Positions 28,852-39,604 of a stretch of 64,000 nucleotides of DNA are shown here, piece after piece. Each line of letters opens with the position of its first letter. Positions within the stretch are counted from its first letter, which is position 1. A model generated the notes under the pieces. It searched no databases. It saw only the letters and a program-made list of their open reading frames with translations, and was not told the origin of the DNA. Made by a program: the position numbers and the translations under genes. Source of the stretch: an uncultured Actinomycetota bacterium (GTDB taxonomy: Bacteria; Actinomycetota; Acidimicrobiia; Acidimicrobiales; RAAP-2); NCBI GenBank assembly GCA_963830195.1, contig CAWHLQ010000020.1:782-64781 (forward strand). The letters run 5' to 3'.

Positions 28852-31745
28852 TTAATTTCCGCCGCCGTCGCCGATCACCGTAAAGGGCGCCCAGAACAGC
28901 GGATGCGCATAGGTGTAGCTGGTGTGGCCTGCTGCGTCGACGGAGCCCGGGCCGTCGATCAGCGCCATCATCGATTGGCGCAGCGCTTCGGCTGCGCGAA
29001 AGGCCGGGATCGGCGCTCTGGCGGCGGAACAGGTCGCTCGTCAATTCGCGCGCCGAGGCGGAGTGAACCGACCAATTGGTCACCAGCAGCGCGCGCGTCG
29101 CCGGCGTAGAAGAATGCGCTGCCGAGGCCGGAGGCGGCTTCGGCGCCGGCCCCGGCGCCCGCGCCGGTGTTGCAGGCTGACAGGACCACCCAATCGGCGT
29201 CGAGCTTCAAGCGCGAGGATCTTGTCCATGGTCAGCAGCCGTCGCCGTCGACCCCCGCCACCTCGGGCGCGGTCAGGGCCAGCGCCGGTTGAGTCAATCC
29301 GTCGAGGTCGCCCGGGATCAGCCCGTGCGTCGCGAACGCGACGACGCGGTAGCGCGTGAGATCGAGGGTCTCGACATTGCGTTCGTTGGCGTCCTTGCCG
29401 AGATAGAGCGACTTGGCCGGGTCGACGTCGAGCGCGCGCGCCATATCCGTCAGTTCCTGCCGCGTGTCGGGAAGGCGCGGCAGCATCGCCAGTTCCGCCT
29501 TATCGACGTTTTCGGTGTGCGGCGCGGCGCGCAATTTCAGCGGTCGGCCGCGCGTCACGTCGGCGTCAGCGCTCGCGTCGGACACGGCGGCGTCAGCGGT
29601 CTTCGCCGCCTCTGCCTCCGCCTCGGCGGCCTCTTCGGGACTGAAATAGGGGTCGCCGAAGCCGATCAGGTTTTCGCGGCTCGGCGAACCGGCCGGCAAG
29701 AGATCGCAGCGTCAGAAACGCCGAGGCCGAGGGAACGACGGTTACGTTATGCGTGCGCGCGAGCCAGGGGACGTCGCGATAGCCGGCGAACAGCGGTTGA
29801 GCCTGTGCGTCCACCTCGACGTTCGCCGTCGGCAGCAGGCCGAGCGGCAATTCTCCCAGCGCGCCGTTGGTCGACGACCACGAGGCTCTTGGCGTCCTTC
29901 CAGCCGCTTTCGACCGGCGCCAGCAGCGCGGCGTAAAGCGCAGTAGGCCTTGGCGACGTCGAAGGGCGGGATGTCTTCGACCCGCGTCGCCTCGGGCTCC
30001 AGCGCCTTGCGCAGAGTCGATGACCGCGGCTTCGAGATCGCGCGCCTTCATCGGGATGCGCGCGAACGCCACGGCGCCGTCTTTGGGAATCGCCCAGCAC
30101 GAAGCTGGCGGTCTGCCCGAAATAGAACGACAGCATCGCCTCGCCCGGCCGCAGCGCCGCCTTGACGTCGGCGAGCGCCGGCGGCTTGGGGTTGATCAGC
30201 GAGGCGTAGGCAGGGAAGCGCTTGGTGATTTCGCGCACGGCGGCGTCGTGCTTGGTCCGCAGTTCGGCGAGCAGGGCCGAGGCCGCGCTGACGTCCTGGT
30301 CCCTCTGCCCGTCCGGCGGCAGCGACAGCAGATTGTTGACCGCGCCGAGCGAGGCTTCGATCTGTTTGGACAGGTCCTGCTCGCCGCGAACGAGTTCGGC
30401 GAGCGCGGGATCCTTGGCCGCCAGTCGCGCGCTGGCGTCGGCGAGCGAATGGCCGACCGAGTGGCCGCGTATCGCGTCGGAAAGCGCGAAAGTTTCCTCG
30501 GCGACGTCGTTGGGGTCTTTGGCCTGATCCACCAGCGCGTTGAAATAGGCTTCGACGATCCGTTGCAGGCGCGCCTGCTTGGCCGCCACGACCGTCGGAT
30601 CGTCGTCGTCGGCGCTTTCGCGCGCCGCCGTCATCATGATCGGGAATGGCGGCCTTGAACTCGCGCAGCGCGTCGGCTGCGCGGTTGGATCGCGAATAGC
30701 CGATCGCCAGCAGGCCGCGAGCGAGCGCGGCGTCGAAGCTGTTCGCGCCCTTGCGCGCGGTCTCGCGCTTGACCAATTCTTCGGCCGCCGCGACGCCGGC
30801 TTCGATTTGTCCTGCCGCATACAACACGGCGACCCGCGCCCCATTCAGTTGGTAGATTTCTCGGCGCGGCTGGCGGCCAATTCGCGATCGCCTGATCCAA
30901 TTGCGCGAAGACGGCTTGCGCCTCCTTCGCCTTGCCCTGCAACACGAGGATGTTGCCGAGATTGGAGAGAATGCTTGCGGTTCCGGCGAGTCGTCGGCGA
31001 CGCCCAACGCGCTCTGGGTGTCGAGAGCCGCCCGCGCGAGCGACTCGGCCTCGCGGTAACGGCCTTCTTCGACGACGATGCCGGCGAGTCCGACGATGAA
31101 GCCGGGCGTCGCCGGACTGTAGCGACCCTGTTGATCGAGAATGTCAAGCAAGGCCTTTCGCGCGAGCGACTCGGCCTCGCTCAGCCGTCCCTGCTTGGCC
31201 ACCATTCGCGCTATCGCCAGCAGGCTGCTCTCCGCGGCCTGCAAAACCTGCTCGCGCGGCGCCGGATATTCGATAGTTTCGGCAAGTCGTTCACCGAGGC
31301 GCGTCGGAACGCTTCCGTGCGCCGATAGCAGACTTCGGCTTGCGCATATTGGCCGTGCGTACTCCGTGCGCCAGCGCCGCGACGCCAGCGGCATCGGCCT
31401 CCCAGGACTGGCCATAGATGGCGTAGTCCTTGCGCCAGCCGGGATCGGGACTGCCGCGCGCCTCCTGAACCAGCGCTTCGACGCGGCGCGCATAGGCCTC
31501 GCCCTGGCTGATCTCGCCCGCGGAAAACGCGGTCCGGCCAGATTGCGCGAGCGCGTTGATCATCGCGCCGCGCTTGTTCTGCGCAGCGGCGACAGTGACG
31601 ATCGACTCGAAGGTCTCAGCCTCCTTCTTCGGGTCGCCGAGCGCGCTGATAACGCCGCGCGACGGCTTGCATCGCGATCATGATCCTGCCGAACTCGCCG
31701 CTGCTCTTGGCCGCGTCCAGGGCTTGCAGTGCGTCGGCGAAGCGG
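28852..31745 (-). CDS. TPR-like + CHAT (caspase-like peptidase) domain protein; many frameshifts, 5' end lost at the junction
   Basis: FATHG, WVVLSACNT, SGLGSAFFYAG, TNWSVHS and HPLFWAPF..IGDG spread across several frames. Confidence 0.85.
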
Positions 31746-32003
31746 TGCCACCGACCGGGTCTCCGCGCCCACGACCAGGAGACCGAGGGCGGCGAGGCCA
31801 CCCGCACCGAGGAGTCGGCGCCGGCTGAGGACGGGGGACGGGGACTGGTGAGTGCCGTGGGCGTCGTCCCACGCCGCGAGAGCGGTGCGCGAGTGCGTGC
31901 GGGAGTCCTCGTGCGCGTCCACGAGGTCGGCCGTGAGACTCGTCAGTTCTCGCTCGGAGATCTCGATCGGGGGAACCGAGCGCAAGTGTCGGGAGTTGGT
32001 CAT
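31745..32003 (-). CDS. Tat-signal protein, probably a second ferritin-like protein; 3' end lost at the junction
   Basis: AGGAG RBS, LSRRRLL twin-arginine motif plus hydrophobic stretch; leader resembles that of the upstream ferritin-like gene. Confidence 0.55.
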
Positions 32004-32004
32004 G

Positions 32005-32871
32005 TCAGTTCACTGCTCCTTCGTTGGCGGGGCGGGCTTGGGCGGTTGAGAAGAACGGTTGCGGGAATCCCACGGACCCGGCCGCGCTCGGCAGGGTCGC
32101 CAGGGGCGGTGGCAGCATCACCATCGCGCCGTCACCCGCCTTGACGAGTGCCTGAACGGCGAGGAGGATCGCGACGTGTTGCGCCTCGACGCCCATGATC
32201 GATGCGGTCAGGGACCGACTCGACGGGTCCTTGATGGTCGCGGCGTTCTTCACGTAGGTGGCCGCGGCGCCGTTCTCGAGCTCGAGGGCCAGCGCGATGA
32301 CCGCCGCCGGCGTCGTGAGCTTGGGCTTGGCCTTGTTCACGACCTTCAACAACACCGGGTCCGGCTTGTGCTGCTGCGTGCCGCCGAGTCGCTTGAGCGC
32401 CGCGTTGAATGTCTCCGCGTGCTCGGCGTGCTGGGCCTTGGTCTGGGTGACGAACTCCTTCACGAGGGGAATGGCCGAACCGCCGCCGATGAACGGAAGC
32501 GTGAGAGCGACGCCGTAGGTCGCCACGGCCAGGTTCTCGATCGACGCCTGGGTCTGCAACACCTGGATGTCGCTGGAGGTGCCCGCGTACGCCGCGGACG
32601 CCGAGAACGCCACCAATCCGGCCGCGAGGGCACCGGCGACACCGGCGCCGATCAGGCCCCCTCCGACGAACGCAGTCTCCGGGAGGTCCGCGCGCAGGTC
32701 GTCGCCGCGGCGACGCGCGTCGTCGGGGTCGACAACGAACGCGGCGGGCTCGTCGTGAAACCGCTCCACCAGATCGTCGAGGACGACGCCCGTCTGTCGC
32801 ATGGCGTCGCGGTGGAGGTCGGTCGACTCGTCGAGCAACTCCCTCTGCGATCGTTCAAGGCTGTGTCGCAT
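32005..32871 (-). CDS. Ferritin-like domain protein, exported
   Basis: IENLAVATY, HAEH, LELENGAAATY and IMGVEAQH diiron helix motifs after a hydrophobic signal-like segment. Confidence 0.85.
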   Translation of the reverse strand: MRHSLERSQRELLDESTDLHRDAMRQTGVVLDDLVERFHDEPAAFVVDPDDARRRGDDLRADLPETAFVGGGLIGAGVAGALAAGLVAFSASAAYAGTSSDIQVLQTQASIENLAVATYGVALTLPFIGGGSAIPLVKEFVTQTKAQHAEHAETFNAALKRLGGTQQHKPDPVLLKVVNKAKPKLTTPAAVIALALELENGAAATYVKNAATIKDPSSRSLTASIMGVEAQHVAILLAVQALVKAGDGAMVMLPPPLATLPSAAGSVGFPQPFFSTAQARPANEGAVN

Positions 32872-32912
32872 AGTGATTCCTTTCGTGGCCCGTTGCGGTA
32901 CCTCACTGCTTC

Positions 32913-32937
32913 TACGGAGTGGCGCCGATGACGGATG
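32913..32937 (-). promoter_or_regulatory. ECF promoter CATCC-N16-CGTA for the ferritin-like operon
   Basis: Same motif recurs upstream of the sigma gene; resembles SigK-type promoters. Confidence 0.65.
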
Positions 32938-33003
32938 ACGGAATCTTGAAAAGTTCGCCGTGACGACCGTTCGCACCCGCCAGTAGCGTGAAAAAGAATG
33001 TGC

Positions 33004-33029
33004 CATCCGCCGAGCCACTCGGCGTCGTA
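33004..33029 (+). promoter_or_regulatory. ECF autoregulatory promoter CATCC-N17-CGTA
   Basis: Ends 6 bp before the GTG at 33036, a leaderless geometry. Confidence 0.65.
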
Positions 33030-33035
33030 GTACCT

Positions 33036-33626
33036 GTGACCGTGGACAACGACCTACTCGCCGCCAGCGACGCCAGTTTGGTGATCGCCGTCGCCCGCAG
33101 CCGCTCCGACGCGCTCGAGGAGATCTACCGCCGTCACGGGGGAACCGTGCTCGGCCTCGCGCAGCGCATCCTGCAGAACCGGCCCGCAGCCGAAGAGATC
33201 GTCCAGGAGGTCTTCGTTCGACTGTGGCGCGCACCCGAGCGATTCGACTTCGAGCGCGGAAGTTTGCGCTCGTTCTTGTGCGCCCAGGCGCACAGTCGAT
33301 GCGTGGACGTCATCCGCGCCGAGAGTGCGCGACGTCGTCGTCAGGAGCGTGACGCGGTGTCAAGAACGCCGGAGCGCCACGACGTCGCCGACACCGTCGC
33401 GGACCTGTTGGTGGCGGAGCAGCTGCGGGCCGTCGTCGAGTCGTTGCCCGAGAAGGAGAAACGGGTCATCGAGCTCGCGTACTTCCAGGGTCTCACGTAC
33501 CGGGAAGTCGCCGAGTACCTGGACGAGCCGGAGGGGACCGTCAAGAGTCGCATCCGCAATGGACTGAAGACGATGCACGCGCAGCTCATGCGCTCGGGCC
33601 TGACGTTGGGAGAGTTGTCATCATGA
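33036..33626 (+). CDS. ECF RNA polymerase sigma factor, SigK-like
   Basis: AEEIVQEVFVRLWR.PERFD..RGS and LAYFQGLTYREVAEYL..PEGTVKSRIR.G. Confidence 0.92.
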   Translation: MTVDNDLLAASDASLVIAVARSRSDALEEIYRRHGGTVLGLAQRILQNRPAAEEIVQEVFVRLWRAPERFDFERGSLRSFLCAQAHSRCVDVIRAESARRRRQERDAVSRTPERHDVADTVADLLVAEQLRAVVESLPEKEKRVIELAYFQGLTYREVAEYLDEPEGTVKSRIRNGLKTMHAQLMRSGLTLGELSS

Positions 33627-34381
33627 ATCACGACGAAATCAGGTCGTTGCTCGGTGCCTACGCACTCGACGCGGTGACGGCCGACGAGCACGACACCATC
33701 GCCGAGCACCTCACGGGCTGCGCGGCGTGCGCGGACGAGGTGGCGACCCACTACGAGGCTGCGGCAATCGTGGCGTCGGCGATCTCTCGTGACACACCGC
33801 CGCCGCTGGCGAGCGCGGAACTCTGGGACCGCATCGAACGAGAGACGAGGGACGACGCCGTCGTGACAGCGCTGGCTCCGCGTCGCGAGGCGAGTCTGAC
33901 GCGCTCCCGAACGCTGCTCGCCATCGTGAGCGTCGCGGCCGCCTTACTGTTGGTCGCGGTCATTGCGCTCGAGGTCCAGGTCGGGAATCTGAACACGCAC
34001 GTGGCCGCGATCCGCAGCACGCTGCACGCGAGCAACGTCGAGGCGCAACTGGCCGCCACGCTGCTCAGCCCCGATCACCGGACCGTCTCGATGGTCTCGA
34101 CACGTGGAGTGCTCGAAGCCACGGCGGTGATTGGGAGCAATGGCGTGTCGTATTTCGTGAACCAGTCGCTGTCGCCGGTGGGGAGCTCCTCGACGTTCCA
34201 GCTGTGGGCGCTGTCCAACAACAAGGTCGTGTCACTCGGTGTGCTCGGTGGCGATCCCCACGTGGTGGCCTTTCGGATTGAGCCCACGATGACCGAACTG
34301 TTGGTCAACGTCGAGCCGCTGGGGGGAACGCCCGCTCCCACGACCCCGGTGCAAGCCACCGGCTCGCTCACCTCGGCCTGA
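33623..34381 (+). CDS. Anti-sigma factor, RskA-like with HxxxCxxC zinc motif
   Basis: LLGAYALDA, HLTGCAAC, TM helix, FQLW, SLGV, VEP.GG..APT; ATGA overlap with the sigma gene. Confidence 0.9.
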   Translation: MNHDEIRSLLGAYALDAVTADEHDTIAEHLTGCAACADEVATHYEAAAIVASAISRDTPPPLASAELWDRIERETRDDAVVTALAPRREASLTRSRTLLAIVSVAAALLLVAVIALEVQVGNLNTHVAAIRSTLHASNVEAQLAATLLSPDHRTVSMVSTRGVLEATAVIGSNGVSYFVNQSLSPVGSSSTFQLWALSNNKVVSLGVLGGDPHVVAFRIEPTMTELLVNVEPLGGTPAPTTPVQATGSLTSA

Positions 34382-34416
34382 ACCAAGGAAAGTCGCGTCC
34401 GCTGCGGAGCGACCCC

Positions 34417-36213
34417 TCAGGCCTTGGGGGTCGCACTCGCGACCGAGGACGCCGGCGACGTGCCGTGCGCGTTGGTCGCCACAATGACGCAGTAGTACTT
34501 CGTCTTGTTCTTGAGCTTCGTCACTTTGTCGGTGTGCACCGAGGCCTTGGTCGTCGCGGTGGGCTTCCCCTTCGCCGCGACGGACTTGGAGGTCGAGCAG
34601 TAGAGCTTGTACCCCGTCACGGGCGAACCCCCGCTGGACGCGGGAGGCGACCACGTGAATGTGATGAGCGCGTTGCCGGCCTTCGCGGCGAACTTCTGCG
34701 GCGCCGTGAAGGCGACGCTTTGGAGTTCGTACGCTCCGGCGTCACAGGATGACTGGCCCGTCGCCCCGGGTCGCTTGTCACCACGTTCGTCGGTCACGAC
34801 CGTGCACGCGGCCTTCGGGACGATGTCGATCGCCACGCTGCCGGCGCCGAGGGCCAATGTCTGCGGCCCGGTCGATCCGTTGGCCGCCAAGGTGGTCGCC
34901 AGATTGATCGCCGTCGCGTTCTCGAGGCTCGACGGGCCGAAGGCGCAGCTCGTTCCTGTCTCGACGTTGTAGCCGTCGTCGGTGAAGGTCGCGCCCACGG
35001 CCTTGGCGCACCCGGCGTTGTCAAAGATCGAATTTCCCACGATCGCGGTGTTCTCGTCGTAGAGACCGGGTGCGGTCGCGGCGGTGTCGCCCTCGAAGGT
35101 GTCGTCGGTCACGGTGGCACGACTCTCGTCGTCGAGTCCGCCTCCGTTGCCGGTCGCGCTGTTGTCGACGAATGTGGCGTTGGTGTACGTCGACACCGCG
35201 TTGTTGGACACCCCGCCACCGTTCGCGGCGCTGTTGCCCGAGAACGTCGTGTTCGACAAGGTCACCTCACCCGCGGCGTCCACACCACCCCCGTTGTCCG
35301 TGGCGCTGTTGTCGCTGAAGGTGTCGTTCGTGATCGTGAGTCGGTAGGTGTTGTAGGCACCACCACCGCTCTGCGTCGCCGTGTTGGATGAGAGTGTCGA
35401 TCCCGTGATGAGACCGTACGCCGTGTTGTACACCGCGCCGCCCTGGCTCGCCGTGTTCGCGCTCACGGTGTCGTCGGTGAGCGAGAACGATCCGTAGCTG
35501 TAGATGGCCCCGCCCTGATAGGCGCTGTTGTCCGACAGTGTCGAGTCAGCAACGGTGATGGACGCCTCGTCAAGACCATTGGAGCTGTAGATCGCGCCGC
35601 CACCATTGGTGGAGGTGTCGTGGCTGAAAGTGTCTCCCGAGAGTGTGGCCTCGTAGTTGTTGTTGAGGCCGCCTCCGTAGCTGCCCGCGTCGTGCGAGAG
35701 TGTGTCGTCGGTCAGGTAGACGATGTAGTTGTTGCACACGCCACCACCGCCGGTCGATCCGTCACCGTCGGAGATCGTCAGATTTGACAACGTAAGGGTC
35801 GCGTTCTCGTTGGTGACGACGCACCCGGAGCCGGCGTTGTCGATCGTGGTCGAACCCGCACCCGCCCCATTGATGGTCAAGGCCGGATTCGCCGTGTCGG
35901 TGATGTCGAGGGTCTCGTCGTAACTGGTGACCGAGGCCGCGACCTCGATCGTGACGTCGTCACCCGACAGCGCCGTGGCGGCTGCCACACCTTCGGCGAT
36001 CGTCTCGCACGCCCCCGTGCCGCTCGAGGTGCAACCCGTCGTCACCGTGCCGGACTGGCTGACGTACAGCGTCACGCTGGTGGTCGCCGACGCCGCCACG
36101 CCCGGCACCACGAGCAGACCGAGCGAGGTCACCGTGACCACGAGCGCACGCCGCCACCGGTGGCTCGCTCCTGACGACGGTGAACTCTGGCGAGGGGAGA
36201 GTGCGTGGACCAT
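34417..36213 (-). CDS. Secreted beta-helix (Pmp-like GGA/FxxN repeats) + choice-of-anchor Q-like + fibronectin III protein
   Basis: Signal peptide, repeated DTFS.NSA...GGGV.N, TDERG..RP...CDAGAYE, FN3 TWSPP..GGSPVTGY. Confidence 0.8.
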   Translation of the reverse strand: MVHALSPRQSSPSSGASHRWRRALVVTVTSLGLLVVPGVAASATTSVTLYVSQSGTVTTGCTSSGTGACETIAEGVAAATALSGDDVTIEVAASVTSYDETLDITDTANPALTINGAGAGSTTIDNAGSGCVVTNENATLTLSNLTISDGDGSTGGGGVCNNYIVYLTDDTLSHDAGSYGGGLNNNYEATLSGDTFSHDTSTNGGGAIYSSNGLDEASITVADSTLSDNSAYQGGAIYSYGSFSLTDDTVSANTASQGGAVYNTAYGLITGSTLSSNTATQSGGGAYNTYRLTITNDTFSDNSATDNGGGVDAAGEVTLSNTTFSGNSAANGGGVSNNAVSTYTNATFVDNSATGNGGGLDDESRATVTDDTFEGDTAATAPGLYDENTAIVGNSIFDNAGCAKAVGATFTDDGYNVETGTSCAFGPSSLENATAINLATTLAANGSTGPQTLALGAGSVAIDIVPKAACTVVTDERGDKRPGATGQSSCDAGAYELQSVAFTAPQKFAAKAGNALITFTWSPPASSGGSPVTGYKLYCSTSKSVAAKGKPTATTKASVHTDKVTKLKNKTKYYCVIVATNAHGTSPASSVASATPKA

Positions 36214-36292
36214 GACGACTCCTGACTGTTGGACCGAGGCTAGCGAGGAGTCGCTGCGGTGTCGACTGGAACGTTGTCGACACGCCCGCAAC

Positions 36293-37927
36293 TCAGGAGC
36301 CGAGCGGGTGAATCCGGCCCCGATTGTCGACCGACGGCTGCCGTGTCCCCGCCGGACCCTCACCGAAGAGGCGAAGAAGATTGCCCGTCATCCGCTGCAG
36401 ATCCGTCGCGGGGCAGGCGGTGCGTCGAGGACAGGTCCCCAGAGCCGAGATCCAGTTCACGGTACCCGCGTCGAACACTCCCGCCTTCGAGCGGCGGCTC
36501 GTCCAATACGTCGCGTCCGAGTAGGTCACGCCGTTCCAGTCACCCTGATTGGTGTAGATCGCCGAGATCGGAAGTGGTGAGTGGCCGAGAATCTGGAGAT
36601 CGGGAGGCGTCACGGAGTTAGCGACCACGTGGTCGACGTCGCTCGTGATGACGTCAGGAATGTGCGAGCCGTTCTTGAGACCGGTCCCGGCGTAGAGCCA
36701 AGACCCGGCGTCGGCGACGACGTAGGGGTACTTTGCCGCGCTGTTTACGAAGCCGGCGTAGCCCTCGCCCGTGAGCGCGACCTCCGACCAACTCGACGGC
36801 GGCGAGCTCCACGTGTTGCCGGTCACCTCGAGAGGGTTCCCGACGCCGTTCAGGGGGTCGGCGGACGCATCCCGGTAGTCGACCTCTTCGCGGTCCGCAC
36901 CGAGTGGCGACGACTGGAGGCGGGAGTGCCGCAGGACCGACGCCGCACCGAAGAAGACGATGTTCTCGCCACGAGCGACCGCCGCGAGCGCGCCCTCGCG
37001 CTCGGCGTTCGTCCACGTCTCGTCGTGGCCGAGCGACAGGATGACGCGATGGTGCAGCATCACCGCGGGATGCTCGGTCACGAGAACGTCAGTCACGTAC
37101 GCGAGGTCGAGACCGTGCTCCTCGGCCCAGAAGATGAGGGGAAACTCGTTGCCGAGGAAGTCCGACGCACCGTCCCCGTCCGCGTACGGGCGGTCGAAGG
37201 ACACGACGCGAGCACGGTTGCACACGGGGTACGTCGCTGATCCGGCCGCGCACGGACCCTCGCCCTGATAAAAGTCGAATCCCCCGAAGGTGTTCCATCC
37301 TTCCTCGGTGAGTGAGCGTGCAATCACCAGGTACGTCGCGTGACTCGAGGGGTTCCACACCGTGAGCGGCACGTAGGACTGCTGGTTCCCGCTCCCGATC
37401 AATTTCAGGAGGTAGTCGCCCTGGACGAAGGCGGACGTGATCGTAAAGGTGAGGGACCGATGCCACCGGTCGCAGCTGACCATGTTGATCCCCCGCGTCA
37501 GACGACACGCGGGTTGACGCCGCGCGACGACGTCGGCGGAGCGCCAGACGAGACGACCTCCCGCTCCGTGGTAGTACCCCATGCGATACGCCGCCACGTG
37601 GAACTGCCGCGCGCTGGTGTTGACGAACAGACTCACGGTCTCGCCCACGCGCGCGAAGTTCTCGCTGGCGAACCCTTCGATCGTGCCGCGGCGATGGCGC
37701 GCGCTGATGCGCCACGCGGTGGTTCCGGGCTTCTCGTTCTCCGCCACGATCGCCGACGAGACGACCCCGAAGCGGCCGAGATGGGTCGCCACGCTCGTCG
37801 TCGGCGTCGTTGTCGTGGTGGTGCGACGTTGTGACGAAACCGGACTGGCGAGGACCACGACGCCCACCACGAGCGTGAGGACGCCCAACTGGATCCAGGG
37901 GATGACGCGCCGGCGGCCCACGTGCAT
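36293..37927 (-). CDS. N,N-dimethylformamidase beta-subunit-like (DUF6605) exported protein
   Basis: ENEKPGT..W, YRMGYY, VSFDRPY, GHDE.W and VFDAGT..W. Confidence 0.8.
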   Translation of the reverse strand: MHVGRRRVIPWIQLGVLTLVVGVVVLASPVSSQRRTTTTTTPTTSVATHLGRFGVVSSAIVAENEKPGTTAWRISARHRRGTIEGFASENFARVGETVSLFVNTSARQFHVAAYRMGYYHGAGGRLVWRSADVVARRQPACRLTRGINMVSCDRWHRSLTFTITSAFVQGDYLLKLIGSGNQQSYVPLTVWNPSSHATYLVIARSLTEEGWNTFGGFDFYQGEGPCAAGSATYPVCNRARVVSFDRPYADGDGASDFLGNEFPLIFWAEEHGLDLAYVTDVLVTEHPAVMLHHRVILSLGHDETWTNAEREGALAAVARGENIVFFGAASVLRHSRLQSSPLGADREEVDYRDASADPLNGVGNPLEVTGNTWSSPPSSWSEVALTGEGYAGFVNSAAKYPYVVADAGSWLYAGTGLKNGSHIPDVITSDVDHVVANSVTPPDLQILGHSPLPISAIYTNQGDWNGVTYSDATYWTSRRSKAGVFDAGTVNWISALGTCPRRTACPATDLQRMTGNLLRLFGEGPAGTRQPSVDNRGRIHPLGS

Positions 37928-37987
37928 GCGACTACTCTCCCAGAGCCGCGGTGGCGGCTCGACCGGCCCGCGCCGTGTCTTGGCGAC

Positions 37988-39604
37988 CTACTTCTTCGGC
38001 GTCGCGCTGGCGTTCGGAGACGCCGCGGAACTCCCGATCGCGTTCACCGCGGTCACGACACAGGTGTAGTGAACCCCGTTCGTGAGCTTCGGGACCGTGA
38101 CGGAGCGGACCGTCGACTTCACGGTCAAGGTGTCCTTGCCCTTGGTGGACACTGGCTTGGTCTTGGAGCAGTACACGCGGTAGATGGTGAGGGGATCGCC
38201 ACCCGTCGACGATGGCGCCGTCCAACTCAATTTGATCGACGCGTTCGCGGCGGTGGCTTTGGGGCTGCGAGGTGCGCTCGGCACCGTCTTCACGATCACG
38301 GGTGCCTCGACGAGTGCGCTGGCGCCGGCGGAGCACGTGGTCGCGGCCCCGGTCACTCGCGCGAGCCCCTGCTCGTCATCGGCGTAGTTGCCGGTGCAGT
38401 CCGCCGCCGGGATGACGTCCGCCGCCGAGCTGCCGTTGCCGAGGGGAAGGTCGCCGGGCACGCTGGACGTGGCCCCGGTCAGCGTCGACACGAGATTGAT
38501 GGTGCTACTCAGGATCTTGTCCGAACTGAGATCGAATCCGCAGGTCTGATCGGAGTCGATGTTGTAGCCACCGTCCGTGATGAGATGCGGATTGCCGGAC
38601 TCGTACGCACACGTCGAGTTCTCGAAGATCGAGTCGGAGATCGTGAAGCTCGTGTCCGCGTAGTTGAACACTCCGCCGCCGTAGGCCGGAGCCGTGTTGT
38701 CGTAGAGGGTGTCGAAGGTCATCGTCGTCACCGCAGCCTGGTCGTTGGAGAAGACTGCCCCGCCCTCACCGGACCCCGCGGTGTTGGCGTCGAACGTGTC
38801 GTTGTAGAGAGTCGCTGTTCCGTGCGTGAAGATCGCGCCCCCGCTGGCACTGGCGGCGTTGTGGCTGAAGGTGTCGTCACTCGCGGTGAGCGACTTGCCG
38901 GTTTGCACGAAGATCGCGCCCGAGTATGACGACGAGTTCGACGAGAAGGTCGTGTCCGTCGCGGTCAGGGTTCCGTAATCGGAGATGGCGCCGGCGTAGT
39001 ACCCACTGTTGCCGGTGAAGGTGTCGTGCTCGAGTGTCGTCTGATTCGTGACGTACAGCGCACCGCCGCCGTCGCCGGCGTAGCCCCCGGAGATCGTGTC
39101 GTTGTTGAGGTCGAGCGAACCCTCCGCGATGATGTTGCCTCCGTAGCTGGACGCGTTGTAACCGTTCTCGATCGTCACGTTCTCGATCGTCACCTCGGTG
39201 TCGTAGCCCGCAATGATCGTCTCCTCGCCCACGGTGCTGCCGCCACCGTCGAGCACCGTCGAGCCCGCTCCCGCTCCGTCGATGATGAGGGTCGGACTCC
39301 CGGTCGAGATGTCGATGTTCGTGGCGTAGGGCGTGGCCGACGCGGCGACGTCGATGGTGACAATGTCGCCGGACAACAACGACGCGGCGGCGAGGCCTTC
39401 GGACATCGTGGAGCACGCGCCCGTGCCCGCCGACGTGCAGCCGGTTGACGCCTGACCGGTGGCGTCCACGTACAACGTGACACTGGTGGTCGCGCCCGCC
39501 GTCGAGGCGGGGAGTGCGACCAGGCCAGCCATCACGGCCACCCCGACCAGCACCGACCGACATTTCGATCCCGTCATGACCGCTCGCGTCGCACCTTGTC
39601 GCAT
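37988..39604 (-). CDS. Paralog of 34417-36213 (beta-helix + FN3)
   Basis: Shared ATTSVTLYV..TGCTS.GTGAC N-terminus and YCS..K.V..KGK...ASATPK C-terminus; GAGGAG RBS. Confidence 0.8.
   Translation of the reverse strand: MRQGATRAVMTGSKCRSVLVGVAVMAGLVALPASTAGATTSVTLYVDATGQASTGCTSAGTGACSTMSEGLAAASLLSGDIVTIDVAASATPYATNIDISTGSPTLIIDGAGAGSTVLDGGGSTVGEETIIAGYDTEVTIENVTIENGYNASSYGGNIIAEGSLDLNNDTISGGYAGDGGGALYVTNQTTLEHDTFTGNSGYYAGAISDYGTLTATDTTFSSNSSSYSGAIFVQTGKSLTASDDTFSHNAASASGGAIFTHGTATLYNDTFDANTAGSGEGGAVFSNDQAAVTTMTFDTLYDNTAPAYGGGVFNYADTSFTISDSIFENSTCAYESGNPHLITDGGYNIDSDQTCGFDLSSDKILSSTINLVSTLTGATSSVPGDLPLGNGSSAADVIPAADCTGNYADDEQGLARVTGAATTCSAGASALVEAPVIVKTVPSAPRSPKATAANASIKLSWTAPSSTGGDPLTIYRVYCSKTKPVSTKGKDTLTVKSTVRSVTVPKLTNGVHYTCVVTAVNAIGSSAASPNASATPKK

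Noticed and set aside
28852-31745. Programmed frameshifting or genuine pseudogenisation of the CHAT gene
   Set aside because: Scattered single-base indels that increase toward the junction are better explained by low-coverage long-read error.
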